Positions 1 to 12,933 of a stretch of 64,000 nt of DNA are shown one piece after another. Position 1 is the first letter of the stretch, and each line of letters begins with the position of its first letter. The notes under the pieces are model-generated. The model was given only the letters and a program-made list of their open reading frames with translations. It did no database searches and was not told where the DNA came from. Position numbers and translations under genes: made by a program. This DNA comes from Takakia lepidozioides (taxonomy: Eukaryota; Plantae; Bryophyta), in the NCBI GenBank assembly GCA_030704615.1, contig CM060731.1, positions 77,066,001-77,130,000 on the forward strand, read 5' to 3'.

Positions 1-520
1 CTCCACCTGCTCTAGTGGTAGTGCTGCTCCGCACATGAATCCCATGCCTCCCATATCTCCTCCCTCAGGAGCAGGAGGTGGGCCATCCCGCCTGGGAGCC
101 GGTACCGCCTGAGCTATAGCCATGGCAGCGAGCCTCTGCTCTAGCTGCTGAAGCCGATTGGCCATGCCTTGGTCAACACCCTGACCTCCGCGTCCTTGGC
201 CATGTGGAGCTTGCCCCTCGTGCCCGACCACCTCGTCCTCTTTGGGCTGGTCCACCTCGCCCCCGGCCACCATTATTCCCTTGGAACTGGGCGCAACTCA
301 GGATGCAAGTCATAACACTGGGAATCTCCATGCCCATACTTGTCGCAATGCCCACACTGCAACTGTGCAGGCTGTGCTTGTGCCGGCCTTTTGCCACTCT
401 CTGGGCAATCTCTCTTGACATGGGGTCCTCCACATGTCCAACATATCACCCCTGGTTGCTGTTGGCCTGCAAAAGATGCCACGGGCCTCTGCACCTGAGG
501 CGCCGGGTAGACACGTGCGT
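1..520 (-). mobile_element. LTR-retrotransposon gag C-terminal fragment with two CCHC zinc knuckles
   Basis: ORF 273..578(-) contains CWTCGGPHVKRDC and CGHCDKYGHGDSQC; the overlapping frame 173..433 gives an RGG-rich tract (GGRGRGGPAQRGRGGRARG). The frames are shifted relative to each other and the fragment runs off the window edge. Confidence 0.75.
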
Positions 521-2838
521 CACTGCGGATTTGACACGTCACAACTTCAGGCGTGATCATATGACTATATGTCTGCACAGTGATGCCTACATGGAAAGTT
601 GTTAGTAGGACACCTGTTGCATTTCAGATGTGACATGTGGCACTTAGACAGAATATATGACTAGCATATATGACTATGTATCTTTACACGTGGTGAAATA
701 TGGATAAAAGAATGTCGTGTCATATAATGCCACGTGTTCTAGTTCGAGCAGGGTTTATGCCATCTGTCATCAAGAATGTTATTTGAAAATAATTTAATAG
801 TTTATATTCATAATTTTAAATTCTTAAAGTTATATTTTATTTTAAAAACAGGGGAATATCAGCTTGGTAAATTTTATTAAATGGTTTTATTTTTTATTTT
901 TTAATATTATATATTAAAATAGATTAAATGATTTAAATTCTTCATTACATGGTGAAATTCCAATAAACAGAATGGACCCCTCTTGCATACTAGTTAGCAA
1001 CCACAAGGACAATCAAAATTGTCAAGTTAAATAAGCACAGTGTGAAAACAGCTAGAATAAAACTAGTTATTTGTATTTAACACTTGGATTTAGGTCAAGT
1101 GTTAAATCAGGTGTCAAGTTTAGTTTGACACCTGGTCCGTCTTATCTTCACGAGAGCGGCAGTCGCGCAGCTCATCTCTCTCAAGTTGAGCCTGCGCGAC
1201 CGAGCTCCTGCATGTGTTTAGGTTTGAGTATGCTTATGTAGGGATACAGGTTGTTGTGGGGTGGAGTCCCCATAGCTTGGGGTGCCCCTGGTCGACTTCT
1301 GTTTCAATGAGTGATAGCGATGGATTTTATATTTCTTGTGTTGGGAGTGTGTGTCCTTTTTAGCTTGTTTATCACTCGAGAGAGATGAGGCTTGCATCTG
1401 TGAGTGCCAGAGGTGAGTTTAGTTTTAAGCATTTGTGGTTTTTGTTTTAGAAGTGAGAGAAGAAAATTATGGTAGATTATGTTTGTGACAAGGCTGGTGG
1501 AGCAGCAGGATGATGCGCAAATGTAAGGAAGACTATGTTTGTTGGTAACTGCTGACAACCGTAACTCTGTCCCTGGACTTCTTCTCCGGAGGTGGAAGAC
1601 TGTATGTAGCATGCATGCAAGAGTGTGGTTGTGACAAGGGAACAAACGCTTGCAGTTGAATAGTTGTTGCAAGTTGGGCACTCGGTGCGTCGCTATAACT
1701 GCAACTGTACAGGAGCACCGCGAGAGGCAGATTGCTCTATAGCCTTTGCTGTACTTGGTCAGTCCAATGGTGACAAATCCAGACCTGGTTAAAGCAACAT
1801 AGACAGAGAAGCGATTTATAGAAAGAAGGTGATGAGCAGTGAAGAGTGTACGGGAAAGGGAGCCCTGGCAGCCATGGCATAGCATCGTGCTCCGCACCAC
1901 GGGTTATCGCGAAAGAATCGATGAAGAGTAACGATGCGAAAAGCCCGCTTACAGTGTTGAAAATATTCAACACAACATGCGGATTATCTACCTGAGTGCT
2001 TCTGAAGCTGCATGGATTAAGCTTCTTCAACACAACCAATGGAGTGTTCATTATATGACAGTTATGACCAAGGAAGTGAGGAAATGCCTCATCTGCTCAG
2101 CTCAAGCTTTCCCGCTCTACAAGCTCCACGCTCAAGCTCTCGCTCCACGCTATAGCAGACATGGTGAAATGGAAGGGATGCACTCGGCTTTGTGGTAGCT
2201 GAAGCCAAGAGACAGGGAAAACGATTGATACTCACCTTCACCAATAATTATTCTATCTGCGGTGGAAGACGCAATATGAGCGAGGCACTTTGAGAGAAGT
2301 CTGGAAGTTGATAGCATAGATCAGGATTAGATCTTGCTTGGGCGGGCTTCTATTCTTCCCCTCCATCTCTGTACTATTTTCATTACCTTGTACTTGTAGT
2401 TGCCAAAGCCTCTCTTGGTGGAGGCCAGTCAGTCCGGGGTTTTGGGCTGGGATATTCTGCAGGATCAGCGTTGCTGCTGGATTTTGGTGTGGGGGTGTTG
2501 ATGTTTTGATTTCTTGTGTTTGGATCCCTCCCAACACCTGCATGCTTGACTGTGCGCCATGTTGGTTTTGTGTGGGCGCTTGCTTTCATAGGGATTAGGC
2601 CGGATTTGATCACCGGTCAATCCTAGAGTATGCTGTCGGTGGTGAGGCTGGAGTGATGACCAACAAGACCACCAGTGTTTCTTCTATGGTGAGGCTGGGT
2701 TGATGACCAGCCAACCATAGGAGTTCTTGCGGTGGATGTAGGTGCAGGTGCCCTGAGCCATTGGGATATGACCCTTAAACTGCAACAGGTACCCACCCGT
2801 GTCACTATTAGATTAGTACTAGAGCCTTATAGTGTCAC

Positions 2839-3954
2839 GTGGAGGAGGTGCACATTGTGAGTGTCATTACGGAGTTACCCAAGGGTTTTGAGGGGAGTAC
2901 GGCTACAGGCAGTAACAATGAGAGTGGGTTCACAAGACGAGGTATTCGGTTCAGACCACCTTCACCGCCACCCTCAATTACTGTAGAGTCAGACACAGAC
3001 TCTAAGGCTTCATCAACAGGTGTGTACTTTCATTCGCCATTGTTGTGGGACGACATGGAGGAGATGTATGGAGCTACCAAGGGGCCTCGTAGGTACTCTG
3101 GAGCTGTGGGCACAATCGAGTTGGATGACTTTATCCAGGAGTTCGACAGCTGGTGTGATTTGCAGCAGATGCGCAATCCACAGCTATTCACCCCATTCAT
3201 GGCGTGGAAGAGACTGTTCCAGCATTTGGAAGGCCCGCCTATGGACGATTACCACGAGTTCAGGCGAGGACATGAAGCAGAGATTGAGGAGTGGAGGATG
3301 TATTGGTCACCTGACTACGTCTCCATTACTCGAGGCATGACGCGACCAGTAGCTGCATCAGTACCAATAGCTCCCATTGCCAGCACTAGTAGTGGAGCAA
3401 GTAGTGCTGGTACTTCTGCAGGTGGTACTAGTTCAAAAGGTGCTACTACTCCTCCTGCCACGACTACAACACATGTGCCTAGATTCAACCCGGTGGTGGA
3501 GTTCTTCCAGGAGTTGCGGAGGAACTACCAAGGTGTACGGACAGAGAAGCTGCGAAGTTTGCAAGACTTCCAGCGCAAACCCAGTGAGAGCCTGCGAGAG
3601 GCGTACACTCGTATGAGGCGCTTGATAAGTGTGACCCAAGGGGTTACTGAAGCTCAGGCAATCCAGTTTTGGTATGGAATTCTGGACAAGGAGCTCAAGA
3701 GAAGGGTGCGAGATGCAACCCTGTTACAAGCAGCCCAACCCACATTAGCATATGTGTTTCTGCTGGCTGAGCGGATTGAGCTCAACATGGTTGAGGAGCG
3801 AGTTGTTACAATTGGATTTGGCAAGGACATGCCTGCACGGGGCACAGCTGTCAGCCCACAGGCACAAGGGACTGCCCAACAGCGTGGTCAGGGGGGCAAG
3901 GTTGCCCAGCCCAAGTTCCATGGAGCTTTACACTGCAGATATATAGTCATATGA
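2839..3954 (+). mobile_element. Ty3/gypsy-type gag (capsid) ORF, 3'-truncated
   Basis: 371-aa ORF with Retrotrans_gag-like segments (YSGAVGTIELDDFIQEFDSWC; LRSLQDFQRKPSESLREAYTRMRRL...QFWYGILDKELKRRV). It breaks off near 3930 into ATGACT/AGTCAT-rich repeats, and no pol follows. Confidence 0.8.
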
Positions 3955-4275
3955 TCCCCTTACGGATGCGTGACGTGTTGCTTGCACAGTGGTGCACGTG
4001 TTCCTCTAAAGCCTCTCCATGTAGTCAACCCTCAGCAGACAATGTAGCCATATAGTTAGTCATAAGTAAGTCATAGAGCTGTGACTACATCAGTATCTTT
4101 TGCATGACTCCAGGTGTCATGCACGCAGTCACGGCTATGACTTGAAAAATGCAGTCCTAAAGACTAGTCGCTATCACGCCGCTTTTTTCACTACAGAGTG
4201 ATGTAGTCATGAATGCATATATGATTGAAAAAATAGTCATATATACAGTCATAAAAATGCTCATCTGTTGTAGTG
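3931..4275. mobile_element. CACTA (En/Spm) transposon terminus with subterminal repeats
   Basis: Ends ...GCTCATCTGTTGTAGTG at 4275 (reverse complement CACTACAACAGATGAGC), preceded by many AGTCAT/ATGACT motifs. The same motifs cluster at 520-770. Confidence 0.65.
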
Positions 4276-5129
4276 TGCATACCATAACCATATGTATCTT
4301 AATACAAGGTTCCAAGGACGAATCCTCAATCTAAATACTTCTCCGGCCCAATGACTCTTGTTACTCCATTTTTTATTTTATTTTTTATCCTACTAACACA
4401 CACCAAGTTCTAGCGACTGTGAGTCTTCCATATTTGTTTGTCCAATAGTGTTCTTAAACCCAAACCGAAAACCCTACCTTTACCATCACCCCTAAACCAT
4501 TAATCTTACCATAAACCAATAACTTTAGTGTACTACCCTAGTTACACTCCAAACCTTATTGTACTATCATGTTATATCTTCTCAATGTTTCATGCTCTTT
4601 TAATATTTTCTTTTGTTGGATAAGGTATGATAGAATGATTACAGGGATATCAAATTCCTCAACCATTTCTTAATTCTACCGAGTGTGAGTCCATCATATT
4701 TGTTTGTCCTTTTGTACCCTAAACCCTTACCCTTACTGTAAACCCAAACCTTATTGTACTACCCTAGTACCACTTCCGAATGTTTCATGCTATTCTAATA
4801 TTTTACTGCCCTTGTCAAATCCAAAACATGATTCATTCCAATGGCGTGGTATGTGAACATTGTGCTTCATATGAAGATTCAATCAATAAAATTACTAGCA
4901 AGTTGTATCGAGTATGATAGAGTAGGAGTCTGGCCCATGTTCGATGCGACCCATTTGTTTATCATGATCATGCAATGGAATATTACTTTATTCGACTTCC
5001 AAGTGGACGTTCAATGAATTGTTCAATACTGCTACTTCACATTGAGCACTTCAATGTCAAAGGGACCTCTTATATGACACATTTTGATTAATTTTATATA
5101 AATATATACTAAGTTTAGTCCGGATTTAA

Positions 5130-5430
5130 GCCAAAAGTCCAGAATTAATTAAAATAGTGTTATGGGCTTGCCCTTCTTGCAACCAGCGTAAACCCAGCTC
5201 AGAGCCCCACTGCTCATAGTGCTTAGCATCACTGAATTTAGGTAGCAGGCTAACGAGGCCAATCGACTTACTCCAGTTGATATTGGAAAGAGACTTAAGA
5301 GTAGCCTCAACATTCGAGAGAGAGCTGTTGTCAATGTATAAGGGACGTGTCATCAGCATATAAAGAAGATCTTATGGATGAGGAGGGATACAACGAGGGG
5401 GATTTCGGGATACGCAAACCCATGGAGTCA
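5130..5430 (-). mobile_element. Degenerate LINE (L1/Tx1-like) reverse transcriptase fragment
   Basis: GLRIP...IRSSLYADDTSL (ORF 5331..5513) continues after a frameshift as ...NVEATLKSLSNINWSKS (ORF 5126..5359). This gives the YADD catalytic motif plus the downstream INxxKS motif. Confidence 0.7.
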
Positions 5431-7843
5431 TCTCTTCTGTCCCTCTTCTGTCCATCAAGTGCCCAAGCCCATTTGCGACAAATATAAGAAACAAAAACGG
5501 ACCCTATGGACAACCTTGTCTAACAGATAATATTCAAATAATCAAACAAGTTCTAAAATCCAAAAAGTATGAGAAATGTGACTTAGATACATTATTAAAT
5601 TGACCTATGAAATAACGTAAATAATTTAATATGTAAATAGCTTAATTTAAAATATTATATATAGAGAAGACTCATGATAAGAGATGCCAAATATGGGGCA
5701 TGTAAGGATACAATGATTGCAAACTAGAATGGACCAAAAACGGCAGATAGTGTGTACATAAAGGAGGATGTGGCGAATCCTCAACCATTGGATTTGCTTC
5801 AACTGACAATCTTGACCGTCTATTATTGACTGTTAAAACCAAGATTTTCAAATTGCGATAATATCAATTCATAAATATATTTTAAAATTTTGATCATACT
5901 CAACTGTGCATTTATGGTGAATGAATGCGTCTAATGAGAAAAGTTTTATTATTTCAAAAGAATTTAGTCATAAAGGACTTAGTTAAAATAGCTATTTTTT
6001 AGGCTCAAAATAGTACATAAATTTTTTTAACTTCATATTTTTGAATGATAGTTTTCATTCCAGATTCCTCATTCTCCAAAGCAAGTTTGAGAGAGTCACT
6101 TTTCTTGACAGTATAGGTAGATGAGCCTTTATATGTTAGTTCTTTTTTATTGATGGCATTGTCATGTAGGAATTTGATACTTTACCACTATTCTATGTCT
6201 GGAAAAACAAGTGTTGTGACAGCAAAAAATGGACACTGTATGCTACAATCACCCGATAGTGTAAAGACCGGACCTTCCATTTAGGAAAAATCAGCCCTGG
6301 ATCCAGGCCAACTGTTGGATTCGGATACTAGTGCGATATTTTCTGATAACTCAGTTCAAATATTTTAAAAGTTTGGGGGTTTGTTCAATATGCTATGCAA
6401 GACCATAGCTCTTGCAACTTATGTTATCAGCCGACTTCTTATTTGAGGACTGTTATGATTAAAAATTAACTTATAACATTTTGACTCAACTATGTAAGAC
6501 TCCCTAAATAACCTCATCAAAAAATGTATCTTGGTACAATTGATGCTATTTACATGTATTTTTTTAATATTAAAAAAAAATTGGACCGGCTATAACGGGT
6601 CATCCATACCGAATTACACCAAAAAACATGTGTTTTTTCATTAGTCCATAGCATGTTGTCTTTTGGGTCTTTGGAATATCATCTTTTATTGATAAATCTA
6701 CAAACTTATAATCTAGGATGGCTAGGTGGTATATGGACAAATGGTAATAGATTCTAAGATTTGATTCCTAAAAGTTTTTTCTAATTAAAGATTAAAATTT
6801 CTAATAAATAATTTCTATAATATTTGGGGTTAGACCCTTTACTGAAGATGTTAAGTATACTATTGTCCATTTTTTTTAATTTTTTAAAGAAATATTACAT
6901 TTATTCCAAAATTATGGGGAAAAAAAAAAAACCCCGTTTTGCACCATGAGGGCTACACACTGTAGTCAGTGAAGGGTGATCAAATATCTGATGCTAAAGT
7001 GCAGCAGTGTGCTCATAGAGAGAGGACCTCTCAAAACAGCTTAGTCCTGTCCCAGAGACTTCCAAAAGTCTATCTTTCTAAGAATCAAACTGAAAAAATA
7101 TGCTAAGAAAAAAACAAAATGTATTCTCATGGACGTCACCATCTGCCGAAAGTGAGACATCCTATCCTGCAACTACCCTTGAGGAGGGCTCATCTTCTTG
7201 TAAGTGAGCCTCCATAAGCCTTTTCCACCTCCATAGCTCTAGGTATTGAGAGGGAGAGTGGTGAGGGCTTTGTAGGGTGGATATTGTGGCATAGCTTTCT
7301 AGGATTGTGTGCTTAGAATGTATGGTGGACAACGATGTATGTTGTGGCACGATGCTTAGGTGCACCACATATTGTTCCAAACCGGCAGGATATAAAAAAC
7401 GGAAAAGCTCCAAAACCCCAAAACTGGAAAATGTGAACACAAAGTTAAAGCTAATTAAATTACATCCGTAACCGGCTCATATAAAAAAAATCAAAATAAC
7501 CGGACAACACTGGATTGAACCTCGGATCTCATGCAGCTTAGCTCATACACATGCATCACACACGCCTACATATAATATACATATATACATACGTACGTAC
7601 ACATATGATGCCCCATAATCGGGTCGATGTGGGTCATCTTCCGAGAACTGGTAGTTATTAGCTACCAACTAGCTCTTCTTTGCATTCTTTGCGAGCATGA
7701 AATTGATCTAACCGAGTAGAAGCCCAATGCCAAGCTGACCTATCTCTAGCCCACACCAAAGTACACATATAGAAGTGAACAAAATCCATCATACTAGACC
7801 ACAAAACTTTTCAACCATTTCTAGAGCACATCTAAAGTAACTT

Positions 7844-8690
7844 ATGACGCCCAAATACGACAAACCCTATGCTTCCGCTATACCTAGTACACAGGTAAGC
7901 AACATAATCACCTCTTCTGGCCCTATTTTTACCCCACACCTTCTTGTCATCTCGCACCACCAACCCTTCACCACCTTTAAGGACAGTTGGCCACACTCGA
8001 TCCTAAGCCAATGCATGTATCCCACCTCCATCCACGGTCTATACATTACACGCCATAATCAAGTTGTATTGCACCTACACAAATTACTTATGAATGAATC
8101 TCAAACCAAATGGTTCTCCCAATTCATCACTGCAGTTGACACCCATCAAGCACCACCCCCTCCCATTAGCTACTCCCCTATAGCTGCCACTCCCCACCGT
8201 GCCAATGCCCATCAAGACTTTGTCCCGATTTGATCTATTTGTATACTTGTCCAGGCCCCACCCCCAACTCTTTACAATTTGTTGTCTTGAATTTATTTTT
8301 GTCATGATTGAAACCCGAAACAAGCTCTCCAAACCCAACATAAAAAGTGCACCCTTTCGTGCCATGGGCCTTTGGAGGCGAGGTTGGCTTGTCGCCTCCT
8401 CGTTGTCATCACGGCCAATGCATAGCCTCAAGTCCCTCCAAGGTACCTTGCACTTGCTGCTTGCGTAACCGCGGCATGCCTAAGACAAATTCATCTCACT
8501 GTTACGCTCTCTCTCTAATAAACGTCAACTGGAAAACACCCCACATCCATTAAATTTTACCTAAGATATCCTAAAATTTAATAGTACTACTTATAGGGCC
8601 TCCTGAAAGGGGCCATTAGCCGGAAGGTGAAGTGGCTATTAGTTACCGTGGCCCAACTATTGTAAACTGTTTCAATTGGTTTTTGTATCT
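7844..8690 (+). mobile_element. Decayed 3' end of a non-LTR retrotransposon with a restriction-like endonuclease (RLE) domain
   Basis: Across shifted frames: DSWPHSILSQC...HGLYITRHNQVV (end of zinc knuckle plus RHN), CHSPPCQCPSRLCPDL (PD motif), LEFIF/CHD, and LWRRGWLV. A tail motif follows that recurs elsewhere in the window. Confidence 0.6.
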
Positions 8691-8727
8691 TCAATAACAT
8701 TCTAAAACTAACATGAGAGGTCATTGA

Positions 8728-9345
8728 AACCACTAGTAAAACAAAGTGGTGACACACTAAACAAAGTTTCAGTAACCACTTTCATAGTAATCAAACTATA
8801 CATAGGTCAAAGCAAGAAAGTTGTATAGAATGATTAACTGAGATATCATTCATGACCAAAATGGTTTGAGCATAAGAACAATGGTCTGAGCATAAGAACC
8901 ATGATCTCCAGCCTAGACAATCATTTTCGAAGGAACAACCTGGAAACTTAGGAAGGAGGAAATGGAGGTGGAAATGGACGACCTGATGCAAGCTATCTGG
9001 CAAGTTTCACGCGGCTATATTCCAATTGTGCAATGGATACAGGACTTCGCGTTTACTATGAGGATCGGGATACGCTGCATCCACGTCGCATTCAGTGCAA
9101 GAAGTGGTTGGAATCACTATGTTGTGAAGTGGTTAGTTTTTCACTGTGAAACGTCAGTGAACACGTGGACTCGGAGATAAGTGATCGTACCACTGACCTT
9201 AACCACTAGTGACACATCATGTCTTTTACGACTGACCTAATCCACTAGTTCTTCATCACTCTAGGGCTAGAGTGGTTAGGTGTCTTTTACCACTCAAAAT
9301 GAGTAGTTACCAGAGTGGTTATTCTGGGTTTTCCTTCTAGTAGTG
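8728..9345. mobile_element. Second CACTA-type terminus with ACCACT/AGTGGT subterminal repeats
   Basis: ...GGGTTTTCCTTCTAGTAGTG ends at 9345 (reverse complement CACTACTAGAAGGAAAACCC), with dense ACCACT/AGTGGT motifs at 9100-9320 and 8728-8780. A matching left TIR and TSD were not confirmed. Confidence 0.5.
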
Positions 9346-12300
9346 ACACGCCAACATGGCATCAGAGGCAAGACTTTATGGCGGTGGTCAGAAGTGGGTG
9401 GGCATTAGGCTATGCCTTGACGGGGAGTGTCGGAGGTGTATAGCCTTTGCACAACACTCTGACAACAGAACGTGATGGGTAGCTAAGTGATAGAGCACCC
9501 CGCCGGAGCACCCCACAGGACTTTGCGTTTACTATGAGGATTGGGATACTCGGTGAGGTTGTCGGCCGGTGATTCCACATCAGTCTTACGCAGCGGTCGA
9601 GCGGATCATAAACTTGGTGTAACCACGTCCAACGTTCTTGTGCACCGCATGACATTTCCAAATGTTCATTGCTGCAGGAGGCGTGGTCAATAGGGATACA
9701 CGTGCAATATAAATTATCCTCATGCATATATAGCTTCAATATGCAAGGATTGGTAACAGTTCCTTACGTGTCCATCAACCTTCATGGATGGACACTTGAG
9801 AGGCCACCTCGATTCAACATCAATCAGAGGCTCTCTGGCGCAAGATTGGCTTTGGCTGGTGATGCACCTTTTGGCCCGACGTGGACCTGATCATGCCGCT
9901 TGGTATGTGCAATTTGTCGACGATGTAGCAGTACAGACGTATCCTGTGTAATGGAGATTTCAGTGGCACATATCTCTCAGGTATTGGTATCTCTACCCCT
10001 TCTTCGAAAAAATATATATATCTAGCGATTGGTATGTTCTTGATGGCGAGGTTCTGAATATAGGTTACAACAGATGAATAACAAGACTACGCCAATGGAG
10101 GATGTAGGCAGCTTGCAATGTTTTTAAGTTGTAGTTCTTTCAGGCTACATCGTTTGGCATCCTCTGACGATACATAGTCTTGTTGATACTAGCATTCTTA
10201 ATACCCAGTGTAGGTGGAGAGCTAGCACAGGTTATTGTCGTCGCGTCCGATTCACTATATGCGTGCTTATCGAGGTCATCAATTGATAGAACATTTAGAA
10301 ATTCGCATCCGTAGACCTCCCATCTTCATGATGATTTTGGCACTTTGGAATGTGGTGATGATGGGGATTGTGGTTCCTTCTTGTGCAAAAGGAAGAAAAG
10401 AGTTTGTCGCCCGAGAAGAAAAATGATGAGAAGGCAATTGATGCCAAGCTCGTAGCACTCATCGTTGCACTCGTTGTTGCTGTTCCTAATCTGAAGTCCT
10501 ACTGTAGTGCCAGGTTTAGTTTGAAGTTTGGTGTAAAGCCACATGAGCTTGTTTTCTGATTGCATCAAATTTTGTTTCTCGTATAAACTTGCTATCTCAA
10601 TCCTAAAGTGCCGGAGTTTCTCTTTAAGATCCTTCATGCAATGGTTTTGTCTATGGCCTTTGGCTTTTAATGCCCAGGTAATACTTAAATCCTATAGTTT
10701 TCTATTGTAACAAGATTTCATATCTTCTTCAACTCAATTGCAATGTCTTGTTCCAAATGCAATATGATATATCCGACATTTCCAGCCTACTTACAACTGG
10801 AGTTTATAGTTTTTGAATTTGGATACTTTTATTTCCTTCATAGAAAATTGTGTTTGTTTGATAATTGGATATTGACCACTGGAGGCCATCCGGGCACAAA
10901 CTCCATTTGGTCATAACCACTATTGGGTGGGTATATATTCAACATATATACCTGGCTGGGTAATAGTCACGGTATCATACTCCAAAAATGTGGTGGACCC
11001 GACTTGAGTCGGAACCGGCGAGTGCCATCGCGGCACTTACCCAGCCCAAGCTAGAACCGGCCGGGGGCAAATTGGCTTACTATATGGAACCTATGTAGAA
11101 CCTTGAAAATGAGCAGAGTAGCAACTTTTGAACAAGACCTTGAGATTTTATTGCAACCAAGCTGCATTCATGGGTAGTAATTATGCAACCACATAGGGTC
11201 CGCATTTGAGTCTTGAGAGGATTATTAGTCAAAGGCTTTTGGAAGGAAAACCCAAAACCGTCAAAGCTCATACTATGGAGTTATTTATTTATTTATTTAT
11301 ATTTATTTTTCTTCTTTCTGAACGTCTTAAAATCTTAATGTACGGAAATCAGGTTATATTGATAACCGTTGTCTGGGACCTGGGGTGTTCCACTTGGATG
11401 ATGGCATATTGATAACCTCTAACTGCCACAATTTCCAAACCCCTACATTACATATAACCGCCTCCATACCGCTTTAAGCAAAGATGCCTTACCCGACCCT
11501 TCAATATGCCCAAATTGTCATACCCGCCCAACATTGGTCATAACCATATATATAGGCTTAACTCTTAACTGCCCACATGGGGAAGAGGCTCTTATTGATG
11601 CCAACTTCGGCTGGCGTCATATGTATATTTATATAACTCTTAATTGCCCACAAGGCCCAAAATGGGCTTTACAGCCTATTTAAATGTAAATTGCTTTTTC
11701 AGATCTGCTTCAATTTTTATGAAATTAGTGCCATAGAGTGTGCACTGCTTGGATTGGGCAACTGATTGCCCTAAATTTGAGTTAAAAGCAAAGTTGTCTC
11801 ATCACGCAAGCAAGAGATTTAGGTTTTGATGAAGGTAAGTGATTTTTTTTTTTTTCATGCTATATTTCTTCACATCATGTATATTGCGTGAGAGGGTTAT
11901 TTTTAGGGGATGTGCCCACGTTTGACCAAGTGGCAGCACTACATGTGCTGGCCAAATTGGATTGTTTTTGGCTTGTTGGATGAGGGATCCCAAGGAGATG
12001 AAGCATTACTAATCTCGCCTCAATTGGACTTGATCCCGTCACTCAGATCTTTAAAAATCACCAAAAAATGATATGTTATCCGAGGCTAATTGTTTTGGAA
12101 ATTGGCGAGTGGGTGCATGAGGAAGATACGCACATTAAAGTTATCCGTTTAGTCACCCTCCCTTCCGCCGGGCCCTAAAAGTACATCCCCACAATGCCTC
12201 CGGTGGGGTACTTTGAGCGTATTTGTAAAGTCTAGCAATGTAGTACCAAAAGAGGAACTAGGATGGGAGCAGTGGGCCCATGCAAAGGTGCTGAGCCTCA

Positions 12301-12933
12301 CGTCCCCGTCCCAGCCTCCATCCTTCAACCCTCCCTCAGAAGGACCCGCCTCGAGTTAGTGGATTTCCCTCAATCAATGCTGCTATTGCATTTCCCACGC
12401 TCAAGTTCAACTCAAGATTTCCCTCATGCCCCTTCTTTCCCTTTTGACTGTGATGTTGGCAATACTTTCAAAGAGTTTCCCTTCTTTTCACACAACTGTC
12501 TCTCACTCCCCATGCGCGTGCCTAACTTATTCAAGCTCATAGGCTCACGTCCTAGCATCCCGAAATTGAGTTCTGTACCCTCTACTAGCATGAGTGGGCC
12601 TATAACCTATTGATATTGGAGCACAAAGAGAAATTCAAATAACACTGAAAGGTTGTCCTTATTCTTTGATAACAATACAATATGTGAATAGTTGAGATCA
12701 GTGCTTTTCATGCACTGATAACAATACAGTAGATGAGATTGCTACTGCATTGCAATCGAAGCACTCCGACCGCACTATAAGTTCTGAACCACTATATAGT
12801 ACTACATAGAATAACACCGTGGGGATGAAGAATTAACTGAAAAACACTCTATGGAAAATGGGCGTGGTGCACGGCTCGTAGTTTCAGTGAACGAACTGAC
12901 TGATCATGTCACTGTAAGTCATTAGTCACTACT

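Noticed and set aside
8731-9345. Complete 615-bp CACTA element from CACTAG at 8731
   Set aside because: The left end matches the right TIR only over CACTA, and the flanking triplets (AAC / ACA) differ, so only the right terminus is called.
10326-10637. Coiled-coil-like 103-aa ORF
   Set aside because: No identifiable family or gene context; probably transposon debris.
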